A stretch of 64,000 nucleotides of DNA from Armatimonadia bacterium. Its GTDB lineage: Bacteria > Armatimonadota > Zipacnadia > Zipacnadales > JABUFB01. Shown one piece after another: positions 20,068 to 28,951 of the stretch (positions within the stretch are counted from its first letter, which is position 1; every line of letters starts with the position of its first letter). Under the pieces are notes generated by a model, which did no database searches, was not told the DNA's origin, and saw nothing but the letters and a program-made list of their open reading frames with translations. The stretch spans positions 17,539 through 81,538 of the forward strand of contig JBDKVB010000073.1 of NCBI GenBank assembly GCA_039679385.1. Direction: 5' to 3'. The position numbers and the translations under genes were made by a program.

Positions 20068-20289
20068 GTGGCAAAGAACAAGATGAAGACCAAGAAGGCG
20101 GCAGCGAAGCGCTTCAAGTTCTCCGCCAACGGCGTCGTGATGTACAAGAAGTCACAGCAGAGCTCCAACACGCCACTGTCGAGAAGCTCGCGTCGCATCA
20201 AGCGCGCTCTTCGTCTGGGCGGCCAACTGGAGGAGGGCGACGCGAAGCAAGTCAAGCGGATGATCCCCTACTTCAAGAAGCACAAGTAG
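20068..20289 (+). CDS. rpmI: 50S ribosomal protein L35
   Basis: Small basic protein (MAKNKMKTKKAAAKRFKF...), GTG start with AAGGAGAGAGAGAC SD, infC-rpmI-rplT order. Confidence 0.85.
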   Translation: MAKNKMKTKKAAAKRFKFSANGVVMYKKSQQSSNTPLSRSSRRIKRALRLGGQLEEGDAKQVKRMIPYFKKHK

Positions 20290-20411
20290 GGCCATCGTCG
20301 CGCTGCTGAGGCCCGGGCCACAGAGGACCAGGGCCAAGCAGGACCCACTTCGTCACCCCAAAGCCGTACGCCACAACCATCCGGTTTGCCAATCAGAAAG
20401 GGAGAGCCAAG

Positions 20412-20771
20412 ATGCCAAGAGTGAAACGAGGTTTCGTCGCCCGCCGGCGCCGCAACAAGGTTCTGCGCGCTGCCAAGGGCTTCGTCGGTGGCCGCCGCAC
20501 ACTGTACAAGACCGCCAAAGAGACTCTCATGAAGGCCCGCAACTACGCGTACCGGGATCGCCGCGTCCTCAAGCGGAAGATCCGTGGTCTGTGGATCGCC
20601 CGCATCAACGCTGCGGTGCGTGCCGAGGGCCTCAGCTACAGCAAGTTCGCCTACGGACTGAAGAAGGCCAACATCGGCCTGAACCGCAAGATCCTTGCCT
20701 ACCTGGCCTACGACGATCCTAAGGCCTTCTCCGCGGTCGTCGCCAGGGTCAAGTCGGCTCTGAGCGCCTAA
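20412..20771 (+). CDS. rplT: 50S ribosomal protein L20
   Basis: [24 protein letters not shown]...ARINAA is canonical L20. Confidence 0.95.
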   Translation: MPRVKRGFVARRRRNKVLRAAKGFVGGRRTLYKTAKETLMKARNYAYRDRRVLKRKIRGLWIARINAAVRAEGLSYSKFAYGLKKANIGLNRKILAYLAYDDPKAFSAVVARVKSALSA

Positions 20772-20818
20772 GGCTTCGTCCGCGAGGCTCGGCGGCCCTG
20801 CCGCACAGGTTGGCTGCC

Positions 20819-21604
20819 ATGATTGAGAGCCCACACAACCAACTGGTGAAGACAGCCCGGTCGCTCCACGACAGCAAAGGTCGTGAGTTGGCCGGGCTGT
20901 TTCTTGCTGAGGGCCCTTCGGTAGTGGCCGAAGCCCTCGCCTATGCGCCCGGCATCGAGTGGATCGCCTGGTGTCCCCCGCTGGGCGATGGGACAGGCCA
21001 GGAACTGGTGGACGCTGCGCAGGAGGCGGGCCTCACCGTCCACGAGATGAGTGAGCGCGCCTTTGCGGCACTCAGCGACGCTCGCTCACCTCAGGGAATC
21101 GCTGCCGTCCTGCAGATCCGGGCTTCGTCCCTCAATGCGATACGCCCGGAGGGGGCCGCTGTCTTCCTCGTGCTGCATGAAGTGCGGGACCCCGGTAACC
21201 TGGGGACGATGATCCGCACGGCCGATGCCCTCGGTGCGCAGGCCGTGATCCTGTGCGGTAACTGCGTCGACCAGTACGAGCCAAAGGTGGTGCGGTCGAC
21301 TGCGGGCTCCCTCTTCCACCTGCCAGTGGTTGAGGCCACCTGGCGGCAGATCAAGGGCTGGGCTGAGAACCACGAAGTCGTCCTGGCTGCCACGAGTCTC
21401 GAGGCGACCCTGGAGCTTGGCCGGTCGCCTCTCCCCTCTCGACTTGCCCTGGTGATCGGCAACGAGGCGCATGGCCTACCGGACGAGGTCTTGCAAGACG
21501 CAGGCTTGCAGGTTAGAATTCCTATGCGCGGACGGGCGGAGAGCCTCAATGCAGCGGCCGCAGCGGCGATAGTGCTCTATGAGGCGTCGCGAGGCCGCGA
21601 CTGA
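20819..21604 (+). CDS. TrmH/SpoU-family RNA 2'-O-methyltransferase
   Basis: SPOUT motifs (LVLHEVRDPGNLGTMIRTADALG...LVIGNEAHGL...SLNAAAAAAIVLYE). Confidence 0.8.
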   Translation: MIESPHNQLVKTARSLHDSKGRELAGLFLAEGPSVVAEALAYAPGIEWIAWCPPLGDGTGQELVDAAQEAGLTVHEMSERAFAALSDARSPQGIAAVLQIRASSLNAIRPEGAAVFLVLHEVRDPGNLGTMIRTADALGAQAVILCGNCVDQYEPKVVRSTAGSLFHLPVVEATWRQIKGWAENHEVVLAATSLEATLELGRSPLPSRLALVIGNEAHGLPDEVLQDAGLQVRIPMRGRAESLNAAAAAAIVLYEASRGRD

Positions 21605-21639
21605 GGCAAGGCCCGAGGTCTGTCGACGCCAACCGAATA

Positions 21640-21905
21640 CTCAACGGTTCCGACGGAGAAAAGTAGACGGAAGTGCGAGGTCACAGAGCGGGAAGGCCAC
21701 CGGCTGAGAGCCTTCCTGACTGGCGCACCGTCGAAGTTCACTCCCGAACTGCAAGCTGAAGGACCGATCCTGAGGTCGGGGACTGGTCTGCGTAGGCTGC
21801 GCCGGTTTGCTCCACCGTTACCCGGGGCCCCAGTTGCTAGACTAGGGTGGTATAGCGAGAGCCTCCGGCTTTCGTCCCTTGGGACGAGTTCGGAGGCTTT
21901 TTTGG
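21640..21905 (+). ncRNA. candidate T-box leader (Phe specifier UUC) upstream of pheS
   Basis: A 430-nt untranslated leader containing a GAAGUUCAC segment and a T-box-like sequence AGGGTGGTATAGCG. That sequence is about a 9/14 match to AGGGUGGNACCGCG and lies immediately 5' of a terminator hairpin. Confidence 0.35.
21861..21903 (+). terminator. intrinsic terminator within the pheS leader
   Basis: GCCTCCG ... CGGAGGC stem enclosing an inner GTCCC-TTG-GGAC hairpin, followed by TTTTTT. Confidence 0.55.
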
Positions 21906-22030
21906 TGCTCCGGCGCGATGGCCACCTTTGCCCCGTATCGCCCGGAGGCCGCGATGGGGGCAAGAGCTTTGCCATTACCCGACGGCCGGTATGGGCTGTT
22001 CACCGGCCATAAGCCGAGGGAGAGGTACCT

Positions 22031-23050
22031 ATGAAAGAGACCCTGCAGAAGCTGCAGGAAGAGGCGATTGCTGCACTGCAGGCCGCCAAGACCGAGCAGG
22101 AACTCGTGGAGACCCGTGCCCGCTATCTGGGCCGGAAAGGCAGCCTTCGCGAGATCCGTCAGTCCATCGGCAAGCTGGCCGACGACCAGCGCAAGGTGGT
22201 CGGCCGGTTGTGCAACGAGGTTCAGAGCGCCTTGGAAGAGGCGATCGCAGGCCGCAAAGCGGCCCTGACTGCGGAGCGCGAGCAGGTAGCCCAGAGGGAG
22301 GAGACTCTGGACGTCACGCTCCCTGGCCGCACGCCGCGCATCGGCCGCAAGCACCCCTTGCTGGCGACCCTCGACGATGTCGTCTCGATCTTCCTGGGCC
22401 TGGGCTTCCGGGTGGCAGAAGGGCCAGAGGTGGAGAATCACTACTACAGTTGGGAGGCCCTCAACTACCCCGACGACCACCCCGCGATGGATGAGCAGAT
22501 GACCTTCTACATCAACGACAACGTCATGATGCGCAGCCAGACGTCGACTGTGCAGATTCGCTATATGCAGTCTCACGAGCCGCCGGTACGCGTCATCGTC
22601 CCCGGCCGGTGCTTCCGTCGCGATACCGTGGACGCCACGCACTGTCACACCTTCTACCAAACCGAGGGGCTGCTGGTGGATGAGGGTGTCACCATGGCCG
22701 ACCTGCGGGGAACCCTGGAGGCCTTTGCCCATGGGATGTACGGTGAGCGCTGCCGGGTGCGTTTCCGCCCTGACTTCTTCCCCTTCACGGAGCCCAGCGC
22801 CGAGTTCGCACTGAGCTGCACCATCTGCGGCGGCGAGGGCTGCCGTGTCTGCTCCCACACCGGTTGGCTGGAGGTCGGCGGCTGCGGTATGGTCGACCCG
22901 AACGTCCTCGCGAACGTCGGCTATGATCCCGACCGATACACGGGCTACGCCTTCGGGTTCGGCATCGAGCGCATCACCATGCTGCGGCACGGCATCGACG
23001 ACATCCGCCTGCTGTACAGTGGCGACATGCGTTTTCTGGGCCAGTTCTAG
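22031..23050 (+). CDS. pheS: phenylalanyl-tRNA synthetase alpha subunit
   Basis: Class II aaRS motifs (FRRDTVDATHCHTFYQTEG, GFGIERITMLRHGIDDIR). Confidence 0.95.
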   Translation: MKETLQKLQEEAIAALQAAKTEQELVETRARYLGRKGSLREIRQSIGKLADDQRKVVGRLCNEVQSALEEAIAGRKAALTAEREQVAQREETLDVTLPGRTPRIGRKHPLLATLDDVVSIFLGLGFRVAEGPEVENHYYSWEALNYPDDHPAMDEQMTFYINDNVMMRSQTSTVQIRYMQSHEPPVRVIVPGRCFRRDTVDATHCHTFYQTEGLLVDEGVTMADLRGTLEAFAHGMYGERCRVRFRPDFFPFTEPSAEFALSCTICGGEGCRVCSHTGWLEVGGCGMVDPNVLANVGYDPDRYTGYAFGFGIERITMLRHGIDDIRLLYSGDMRFLGQF

Positions 23051-23144
23051 GGCCCAATCGCGCTGCAGCACAAGTTCCACCTGAGCTTTCATACCCGGCG
23101 GAGACGTGCCCGCTTGGGCGTCGCCGCGAGAGGATCGCGAGACT

Positions 23145-25265
23145 ATGCGCATACCCTATAGCTGGCTCACAGACTACCTCAGATCCGAGATCGTCCCTGA
23201 GGAACTCGCCGAAGTGCTCACCATGGGCGGGCTCGAGGTTGAGGAGATACGGGACTGGACCTCCGAAGATGGCAAGGCCACCGACAAGGTGCTGGTTACC
23301 AAGATCACGGCGAACCGAGGCGACCTGCTCTCGATGATCGGAGTGGCCCGGCAAGCCGCTGCGTTGCTGGGCTGCGAGTGGGCTTTGCCGGACCTCGGTC
23401 GGCCGGAGATCACCGCACCTCTTGCCGGCGCGCCCCTGGTCGAGGCCGGTGACGTCAAGATCGAAGTACAGGACCTGAAGGGCTGCCCGCGGTACTCGGC
23501 CCTGGCGATCCGCGACCTGAAGACCGGGCCCTCGCCGGACTGGCTCCGCTACCGTCTTGAGGCCGCCGGGATCCGGTCGGTCAGCAACATCGTCGATGTC
23601 ACCAACTACGTGTGCTGGGAACTCGGCCAGCCCATGCACGCCTTCGACCTGCGCCTCGTTGCCCGCAACCACATCATCGTGCGGCGCGCACATGAAGGCG
23701 AGGCTCTCAAACTCATCGACGGCAGCACCGCCAACCTCGTCGACCAAGACCTGATGATCTGCGACGAGATGGGGCCAGTGGGCATCGCCGGAGTGATGGG
23801 CGGCAGCGAGACCGAAGTCAACGAGCGCACCAAGATGGTGCTCCTCGAGTCGGCCCACTTCGACCCAACCAGCCTGCGTCGGTCGGCCCAGCGTTATGGC
23901 CTGAGCACCGAGGCCTCCTATCGGTTCGAGCGGTTCGTCGACCCGAACATGACGCTCCCGGCCCTGGCACGAGCCACCACGCTGATGCTGCAACTCGCGG
24001 GCGGAACGCCCGATGCTACGGCCATCGATGTCCGTGACGGCGACTTCACGGCCAGCACGGTGCAACTGCGTCCCCAGCGCTGCAACCAGATTCTGGGCAC
24101 GGAGCTGACTGCCGAGAAGATGTCCGACTACCTCGAGAGGCTGGGGATGAGCGTCGACGGCCCCGGCGACGACGGCAGACTCTCGGTTCGCGTGCCGACC
24201 TTCCGTTGGGATGTCGAGCGCGAGATCGACCTCATCGAGGAGGTCGCGATCGTCCACGGCTACAACAACATTCCGATGACGGTCCCGGGCAATCTGCTTG
24301 AGAGCGGTGTGCTCACGGCCCGGCAGAAGGCTGAGCGACGACTTCGCGACCTGATGCGGCAGTGTGGTCTCAACGAGACAATCAGCTTCTCCTTCATGGG
24401 CATGGCCGACCTCGACCGCTGTGGCTTTGCCGAAGACGCCCCCGAGCGCACGGCGCTGAAGCTGCTCATGCCGGTCGCCTCCGACATGTCCCACCTGCGC
24501 ACCTCGCTGATTCCCGGCCTGCTCAACGCCTGCTCCGTCAACGTCCGCCAGCGGGTTCTGGACGTGGCGCTCTATGACCTGGACCGGGTGTTCATACCTC
24601 AGGGCGAGCGGGAGCTACCTCAGGAGCGAGTAAGGGTCGCGGGGCTGGTGACAGGTGTGCCCTTCACTTCTGACTGGAACCTCTCGGGCGCCGAAGTCGA
24701 CTTCTACTGGCTCAAGGGGATCGTGGAGCAGGTCTGCGACGCAATGAACGTGAGCGGTGTTGAGTACGTACGCGATGCGCACCCGGCTTTCCATCCGGGC
24801 CGGTGCGCCCAGGTTACGGTCGAGGGCAAGCCTGCTGGCGTCCTGGGCGAGGTCGTGAGGCAGGTGCAGGAGGCGTACGACCTTCCGGCGAACACCTACC
24901 TGTTCGAGCTGGACCTGGACACGCTGCTGGAAGGTGCAGCAGCCTTCCGCGTCTATGATCCCTTGCCGCGTTTCCCGGCCGCCCTGCGCGACATCGCCCT
25001 CGTGGTGACTGACGATGAGGCCCACACCGCCGCCGCGCTGGAGGCTGCGGTCCGTAAGGCTGCAGGGGAGTACCTGTGGAAGGTCGTTGCCTTCGACCTG
25101 TACACCGACGCTGAGCGTCTGGGTGCCGGCCGGAAGTCTGTGGCCTTCCGCCTGACCTTCCGGGCCGCCGACCGCACGCTCACCGACGAGGAACTCGATG
25201 GCGCTATGAACTGCGTGGCGCAACACCTGGCCGAGACCCTGGGGGCAGAAGTCCGGACTGCCTAG
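23145..25265 (+). CDS. pheT: phenylalanyl-tRNA synthetase beta subunit
   Basis: MRIPYSWLTDYL N-terminus, B3/B4 and FDX-ACB-like regions. SD GAGAGGA precedes the start. Confidence 0.9.
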   Translation: MRIPYSWLTDYLRSEIVPEELAEVLTMGGLEVEEIRDWTSEDGKATDKVLVTKITANRGDLLSMIGVARQAAALLGCEWALPDLGRPEITAPLAGAPLVEAGDVKIEVQDLKGCPRYSALAIRDLKTGPSPDWLRYRLEAAGIRSVSNIVDVTNYVCWELGQPMHAFDLRLVARNHIIVRRAHEGEALKLIDGSTANLVDQDLMICDEMGPVGIAGVMGGSETEVNERTKMVLLESAHFDPTSLRRSAQRYGLSTEASYRFERFVDPNMTLPALARATTLMLQLAGGTPDATAIDVRDGDFTASTVQLRPQRCNQILGTELTAEKMSDYLERLGMSVDGPGDDGRLSVRVPTFRWDVEREIDLIEEVAIVHGYNNIPMTVPGNLLESGVLTARQKAERRLRDLMRQCGLNETISFSFMGMADLDRCGFAEDAPERTALKLLMPVASDMSHLRTSLIPGLLNACSVNVRQRVLDVALYDLDRVFIPQGERELPQERVRVAGLVTGVPFTSDWNLSGAEVDFYWLKGIVEQVCDAMNVSGVEYVRDAHPAFHPGRCAQVTVEGKPAGVLGEVVRQVQEAYDLPANTYLFELDLDTLLEGAAAFRVYDPLPRFPAALRDIALVVTDDEAHTAAALEAAVRKAAGEYLWKVVAFDLYTDAERLGAGRKSVAFRLTFRAADRTLTDEELDGAMNCVAQHLAETLGAEVRTA

Positions 25266-25299
25266 ACGGCCTGAGTGCGGGTCCAGAGGAGGCCATGTT

Positions 25300-25857
25300 G
25301 TGAGTCGTCGTGGGCTGGAGTCGCGGCGCCTGTGCCAGACTTTGCCGGGGCTTGTCCTCGGGGTCGCCCTTCTGGGCGGCTGCTCGCACTTTGCGCAGAC
25401 GCCGCCGACGGTTCTGCACGTCGAAGCGGACAATCTGGACGCGAAGTATCCGGAATGCCTGCAGTCTCGGGAAGCTGAGCCGCCCAAGGCCTTCCTCGTG
25501 AAGAGCGAGGCCGCATGGAAGAAGGTCTGGGGAGCCGCCGAGCCACCAGTCATCAACTTTGACAAGAGCATGATCTTCGTCGCCCATGGGTCGATCGGTT
25601 CCGAAGGTCCCGGCACGCTCACAGTCTACGTGCTGAAGTTCGTGGAGAGGGAGGATGTGATGGAGGTCAGGGTGAAGGAGTCACTCAGCGGCGAGTGGCC
25701 CCTGAGTTCGGGCTTCTCTCGCGCCTACGAGATCGTGAAGCTCCCGCGGACCGACAAGCCCGTCAAGGTTCTGTGGCGGTACCTGTGGGGCAGCCGCGAC
25801 CAGACACATGAGCTGAAGGCCTCGGAGTGGACGCCGCCGGCGCCCACTCGTCGCTGA
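25300..25857 (+). CDS. hypothetical lipoprotein
   Basis: GTG start after a GAGGAGG SD. Lipobox VALLGGC. No recognisable catalytic motif. Good coding periodicity. Confidence 0.5.
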   Translation: MSRRGLESRRLCQTLPGLVLGVALLGGCSHFAQTPPTVLHVEADNLDAKYPECLQSREAEPPKAFLVKSEAAWKKVWGAAEPPVINFDKSMIFVAHGSIGSEGPGTLTVYVLKFVEREDVMEVRVKESLSGEWPLSSGFSRAYEIVKLPRTDKPVKVLWRYLWGSRDQTHELKASEWTPPAPTRR

Positions 25858-25967
25858 CAACTGTCGCACGTCGTCCACGAAGCCTGCTCGTTTTGCTTGC
25901 CGGGCGGGCTGTTCTTTTGCCCATGGCCGTCCTGGCCAGGACCGATACCCATCGCGGAGCCCCGGAT

Positions 25968-26240
25968 ATGCTCAGGCAGAACCCGCTCTACGTCTCGCGC
26001 AAGGTGAACGAGGAATGTGTTCTGGTCCCCGTGCGCCAGTCTGTTGCAGAGATGGGCGCCGTCTACGTCCTCAACGAGGTCGGGGCGCGGATTTGGGAGC
26101 TGGTCGGTGACGGGCAGACCGCGGAGCAGATGGTAGCTATCCTGGGTCAGGAGTTTGACGCACCGACGCAGCAGATCGCACAAGACGTTGCGAGTTTCCT
26201 CGACCGCATGCGGCTCCTCGGAGCGATCGTCGAGGAGTGA
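25968..26240 (+). CDS. PqqD-family protein (RiPP-recognition-element-like)
   Basis: 90-aa wHTH-type PqqD signature (YVLNEVGARIWELVGDGQTAEQMVAILGQEFDAPTQQIAQDVASFLDRMRLLGAI). GGAG SD 9 nt upstream. The longer ORF from 25827 is probably not used. Confidence 0.65.
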   Translation: MLRQNPLYVSRKVNEECVLVPVRQSVAEMGAVYVLNEVGARIWELVGDGQTAEQMVAILGQEFDAPTQQIAQDVASFLDRMRLLGAIVEE

Positions 26241-26251
26241 GGTGAAACCTC

Positions 26252-27892
26252 TTGCTTCTGTTCGATGCCAACGTACAGGTCGGTCGGTACCGGCAGCTCC
26301 GCGAGGGCATGCCGTACTCGAAGGACGACCTGCTAAAGGACATGGACCGTTTCGGCATTGCCGAAGCGCTGGTGCTGCACTCTCTGTCACGCGAAGCCCA
26401 TCTGGCCCCCGGTAATCACCGCGTGCTCAGGACCGTGGAGGGCGAGCCGCGGCTGCATCCCTGCTGGGCTGTCGTTCCGGCGCGATCGGGCGAAAACGGT
26501 CCCCTGGACATGCTCCTGGATCGGCTCTACAAATCCAGCATCCGAGCGGTGAAGCTCTTCCCAGGCCACTACAGCTTCAGCCTGCAGGAGTGGTGCCTTG
26601 GCTCGCTTCTGGAGGTTCTGGAGGAGGGGCGTCTCGTCACCTTCATCGACCCCAACTCGCAGTACATGGGCACACCGATGGACCAGACGAACTGGGATGC
26701 CCTCGTGGCGCTGTGCAGGGCCCATCCCAAGCTCCCAGTGGTCCTCAGCGAGAGTCGCCTGCGGTCTGGGAACCGCATGTTGTACCAGGCCTTCGAGACT
26801 TGCCCCAACCTGCACCTGGAGCTGTCCGGCTTCTGGGAGCATCGCGGCATCGAGTTCCTCTGCCACGAGTTCGGCCCCGAGCGCTTGCTGTTCGGGACCA
26901 AGTGGCCGGTGCGTGAACTGGGCGGCACTGTGGCCCAGCTTCAGTATGCCGAGATCGGCGAGGCCGAGAGGAGCAAGATCGGCGGCGACAACCTACGGAA
27001 GCTCCTGGCCGGCGCTCATCCCTCCAAGCGGCGTGCGAAGCCGGAGTTCCAGATCAGCATCAAGCCTCCCAAGGGTGAAACGCTCCGGGCACAGGCGCTG
27101 CGGGGAGATCGGCCGGACCGCCTCATCATCGACACCCATGCCCACCTGGGCAAGTCGGCCATCTATCACCTGCCTCAGAGCTCCCCGGCTCTGGTCGAGC
27201 AGGAGATGCAGAGACTGGGCGTCCGTTGTTCTATCGTCTTCGGCTTCTCTGGCGTGACTGGTGACTGGACCTACGACAACGATCTGGTGACCCAGGCCAT
27301 GCGACGCCATCCGGGACGCTACCATGGCCTCATCGTGGTCAACCCCAACCACCCCGGCGAGATGATGCAGGAACTGGAGCGCTGCGTCGACCGTGGGTTC
27401 ATCGGCGTCAAGCTGATCCCCAGCTATCAGGACTACCCGGAGGACGGACCGAACATCGAACTCGCGGTTCGGTGGGCCAATGAGCATCGGATGATCGTGC
27501 TCAATCACTCCTGGGGGCCGACCGACCACCTGCGGCGCCTCGCGGTCAAGTACCCCGAGGTCACCTTCATCATTGGCCACTACACGACCCAGCACGCGGC
27601 CGTGGTCAACAACTACCCGAATGTCTACCAGTGCACCTGCGAGCCGCTGACCTACAACTCCGTCGAGACCTTGGTGGATGCGCTGGACACCTCCAAGATC
27701 GTCTTCGGCTCTGACACGACCGACCTTCCACTGATGCTTGGCATGGGGCCGATCCTCCACGCCCGAATCCCGGAAGAGGACAAGGACCGGATCCTGGGGC
27801 TCAACGCTCGCGACCTCTTGCGCAAGGTCGGGGTGAGGATCGCCGCGTCGGAACCGATGGAGGAACTGGACGGGGAATACGAGGCCGAGTAG
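26252..27892 (+). CDS. tandem amidohydrolase-2 (PF04909-like) protein: degenerate N-domain plus intact C-domain
   Basis: TTG start 12 nt after the PqqD stop, with a GAGGTGA SD. The N-half is an amidohydrolase_2-like barrel lacking the HxH motif (LLFDANVQVG). The C-half has intact IIDTHAHLG ... IIGH ... FGSDT metal ligands. Confidence 0.75.
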   Translation: MLLFDANVQVGRYRQLREGMPYSKDDLLKDMDRFGIAEALVLHSLSREAHLAPGNHRVLRTVEGEPRLHPCWAVVPARSGENGPLDMLLDRLYKSSIRAVKLFPGHYSFSLQEWCLGSLLEVLEEGRLVTFIDPNSQYMGTPMDQTNWDALVALCRAHPKLPVVLSESRLRSGNRMLYQAFETCPNLHLELSGFWEHRGIEFLCHEFGPERLLFGTKWPVRELGGTVAQLQYAEIGEAERSKIGGDNLRKLLAGAHPSKRRAKPEFQISIKPPKGETLRAQALRGDRPDRLIIDTHAHLGKSAIYHLPQSSPALVEQEMQRLGVRCSIVFGFSGVTGDWTYDNDLVTQAMRRHPGRYHGLIVVNPNHPGEMMQELERCVDRGFIGVKLIPSYQDYPEDGPNIELAVRWANEHRMIVLNHSWGPTDHLRRLAVKYPEVTFIIGHYTTQHAAVVNNYPNVYQCTCEPLTYNSVETLVDALDTSKIVFGSDTTDLPLMLGMGPILHARIPEEDKDRILGLNARDLLRKVGVRIAASEPMEELDGEYEAE

Positions 27893-28009
27893 CACAGCTT
27901 CCTGCAGACCGAAAGCAAGGCACGGCACTCCATAGCAGAGAGACGGGGCACCCTTCGATGGGTGCCCCGTTTGTGTTGTCCAACAAGAGACCCCGTCAGG
28001 ACGTTGCCC

Positions 28010-28831
28010 TTAGCAGAGGGGCTCGAGGATCGCGATCGCCCGCCTGATGTCTTCCACCTGCTGGGGGCCACTGATCTCGCGTTCGATGGTCAGGTGTCCC
28101 TGGTAACCGAGTGACTTGAGCTTCGGGATGAACACGGGGAAGTTGACGCGCCCCTCACCCATCGACTTCTCCTTGCCCAGTTGATGCCCGTCGGTCGGGT
28201 ACTCGCCATCCTTGCAGTGCGTGCCACGCACCCATTGGCCGAAGACATCCAGCGCATCGACAGGATTCGCCTTGCCGTACATGAGCAGGTTCGCTGGATC
28301 GAGGTTGATCCCCAGGTTGTCGGTGCCGATGTCCTGGATCGTCCGCAACAGAGTGATGGGCGTCTCCTGCCCGGTCTCGAACCAGAATTCCACACCCGCA
28401 TCGAGGCAGGCCTGGGCGACCTCCTTGAGAGCCGCGAGGACACCCTCGTACAGCGGGTCACCCATGAACTCGGGGATGAACCCCACGTGAGTGGTGATCG
28501 ACTGCACGCCGATGGCACCGGCGACTGCAGCCGCCTTCTTCAGCGTTGCAACGCGCTCAGCACGGAACTCGGGCGGTACGAGCCCGATGGTGCTCGGGCC
28601 CTCAACGAAGTTCCACTTCGCAGGGCCGGGAAGGGAGGCCCACAGCGTCGTGACCGTCATGCCAAGGGAGTCGGAGACGTCCTTGAGCGCCTTCCCGTCC
28701 TCCAGGGTCTTGTCGGGTCCCCAGCCGACCTGGCACGTGTCCAGGCCGAGAGCTTTGATGGGCTCGAGCGACTCCTGGGGGCTGGTGCGAATGTGCGTCA
28801 TCACGCCGATTCGGAGCTTCTGGTCTGGCAT
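28010..28831 (-). CDS. sugar-phosphate isomerase/epimerase (xylose-isomerase-like TIM barrel)
   Basis: AP endonuclease 2 / XI-like TIM pattern (GVEFWFETGQETP ... GHLTIERE). Confidence 0.75.
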   Translation of the reverse strand: MPDQKLRIGVMTHIRTSPQESLEPIKALGLDTCQVGWGPDKTLEDGKALKDVSDSLGMTVTTLWASLPGPAKWNFVEGPSTIGLVPPEFRAERVATLKKAAAVAGAIGVQSITTHVGFIPEFMGDPLYEGVLAALKEVAQACLDAGVEFWFETGQETPITLLRTIQDIGTDNLGINLDPANLLMYGKANPVDALDVFGQWVRGTHCKDGEYPTDGHQLGKEKSMGEGRVNFPVFIPKLKSLGYQGHLTIEREISGPQQVEDIRRAIAILEPLC

Positions 28832-28951
28832 TGTGATAGCCTCACAGTGAAGTCGGGTGCGCTTCCTGGCACCGGACATGGAGTATGGCAGGCCCTCCGG
28901 GCAGAGCGCTCAGACCCGCTTCCGGAGCCCTGCAGTTTGGTGCCTTTGTCT

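Noticed and set aside
25827-25967. 47-aa N-terminal extension of the PqqD ORF
   Set aside because: It overlaps the upstream lipoprotein gene. The ATG at 25968 has a GGAG SD and yields the canonical roughly 90-aa PqqD length. This interval is kept as a place to look for a short precursor peptide.
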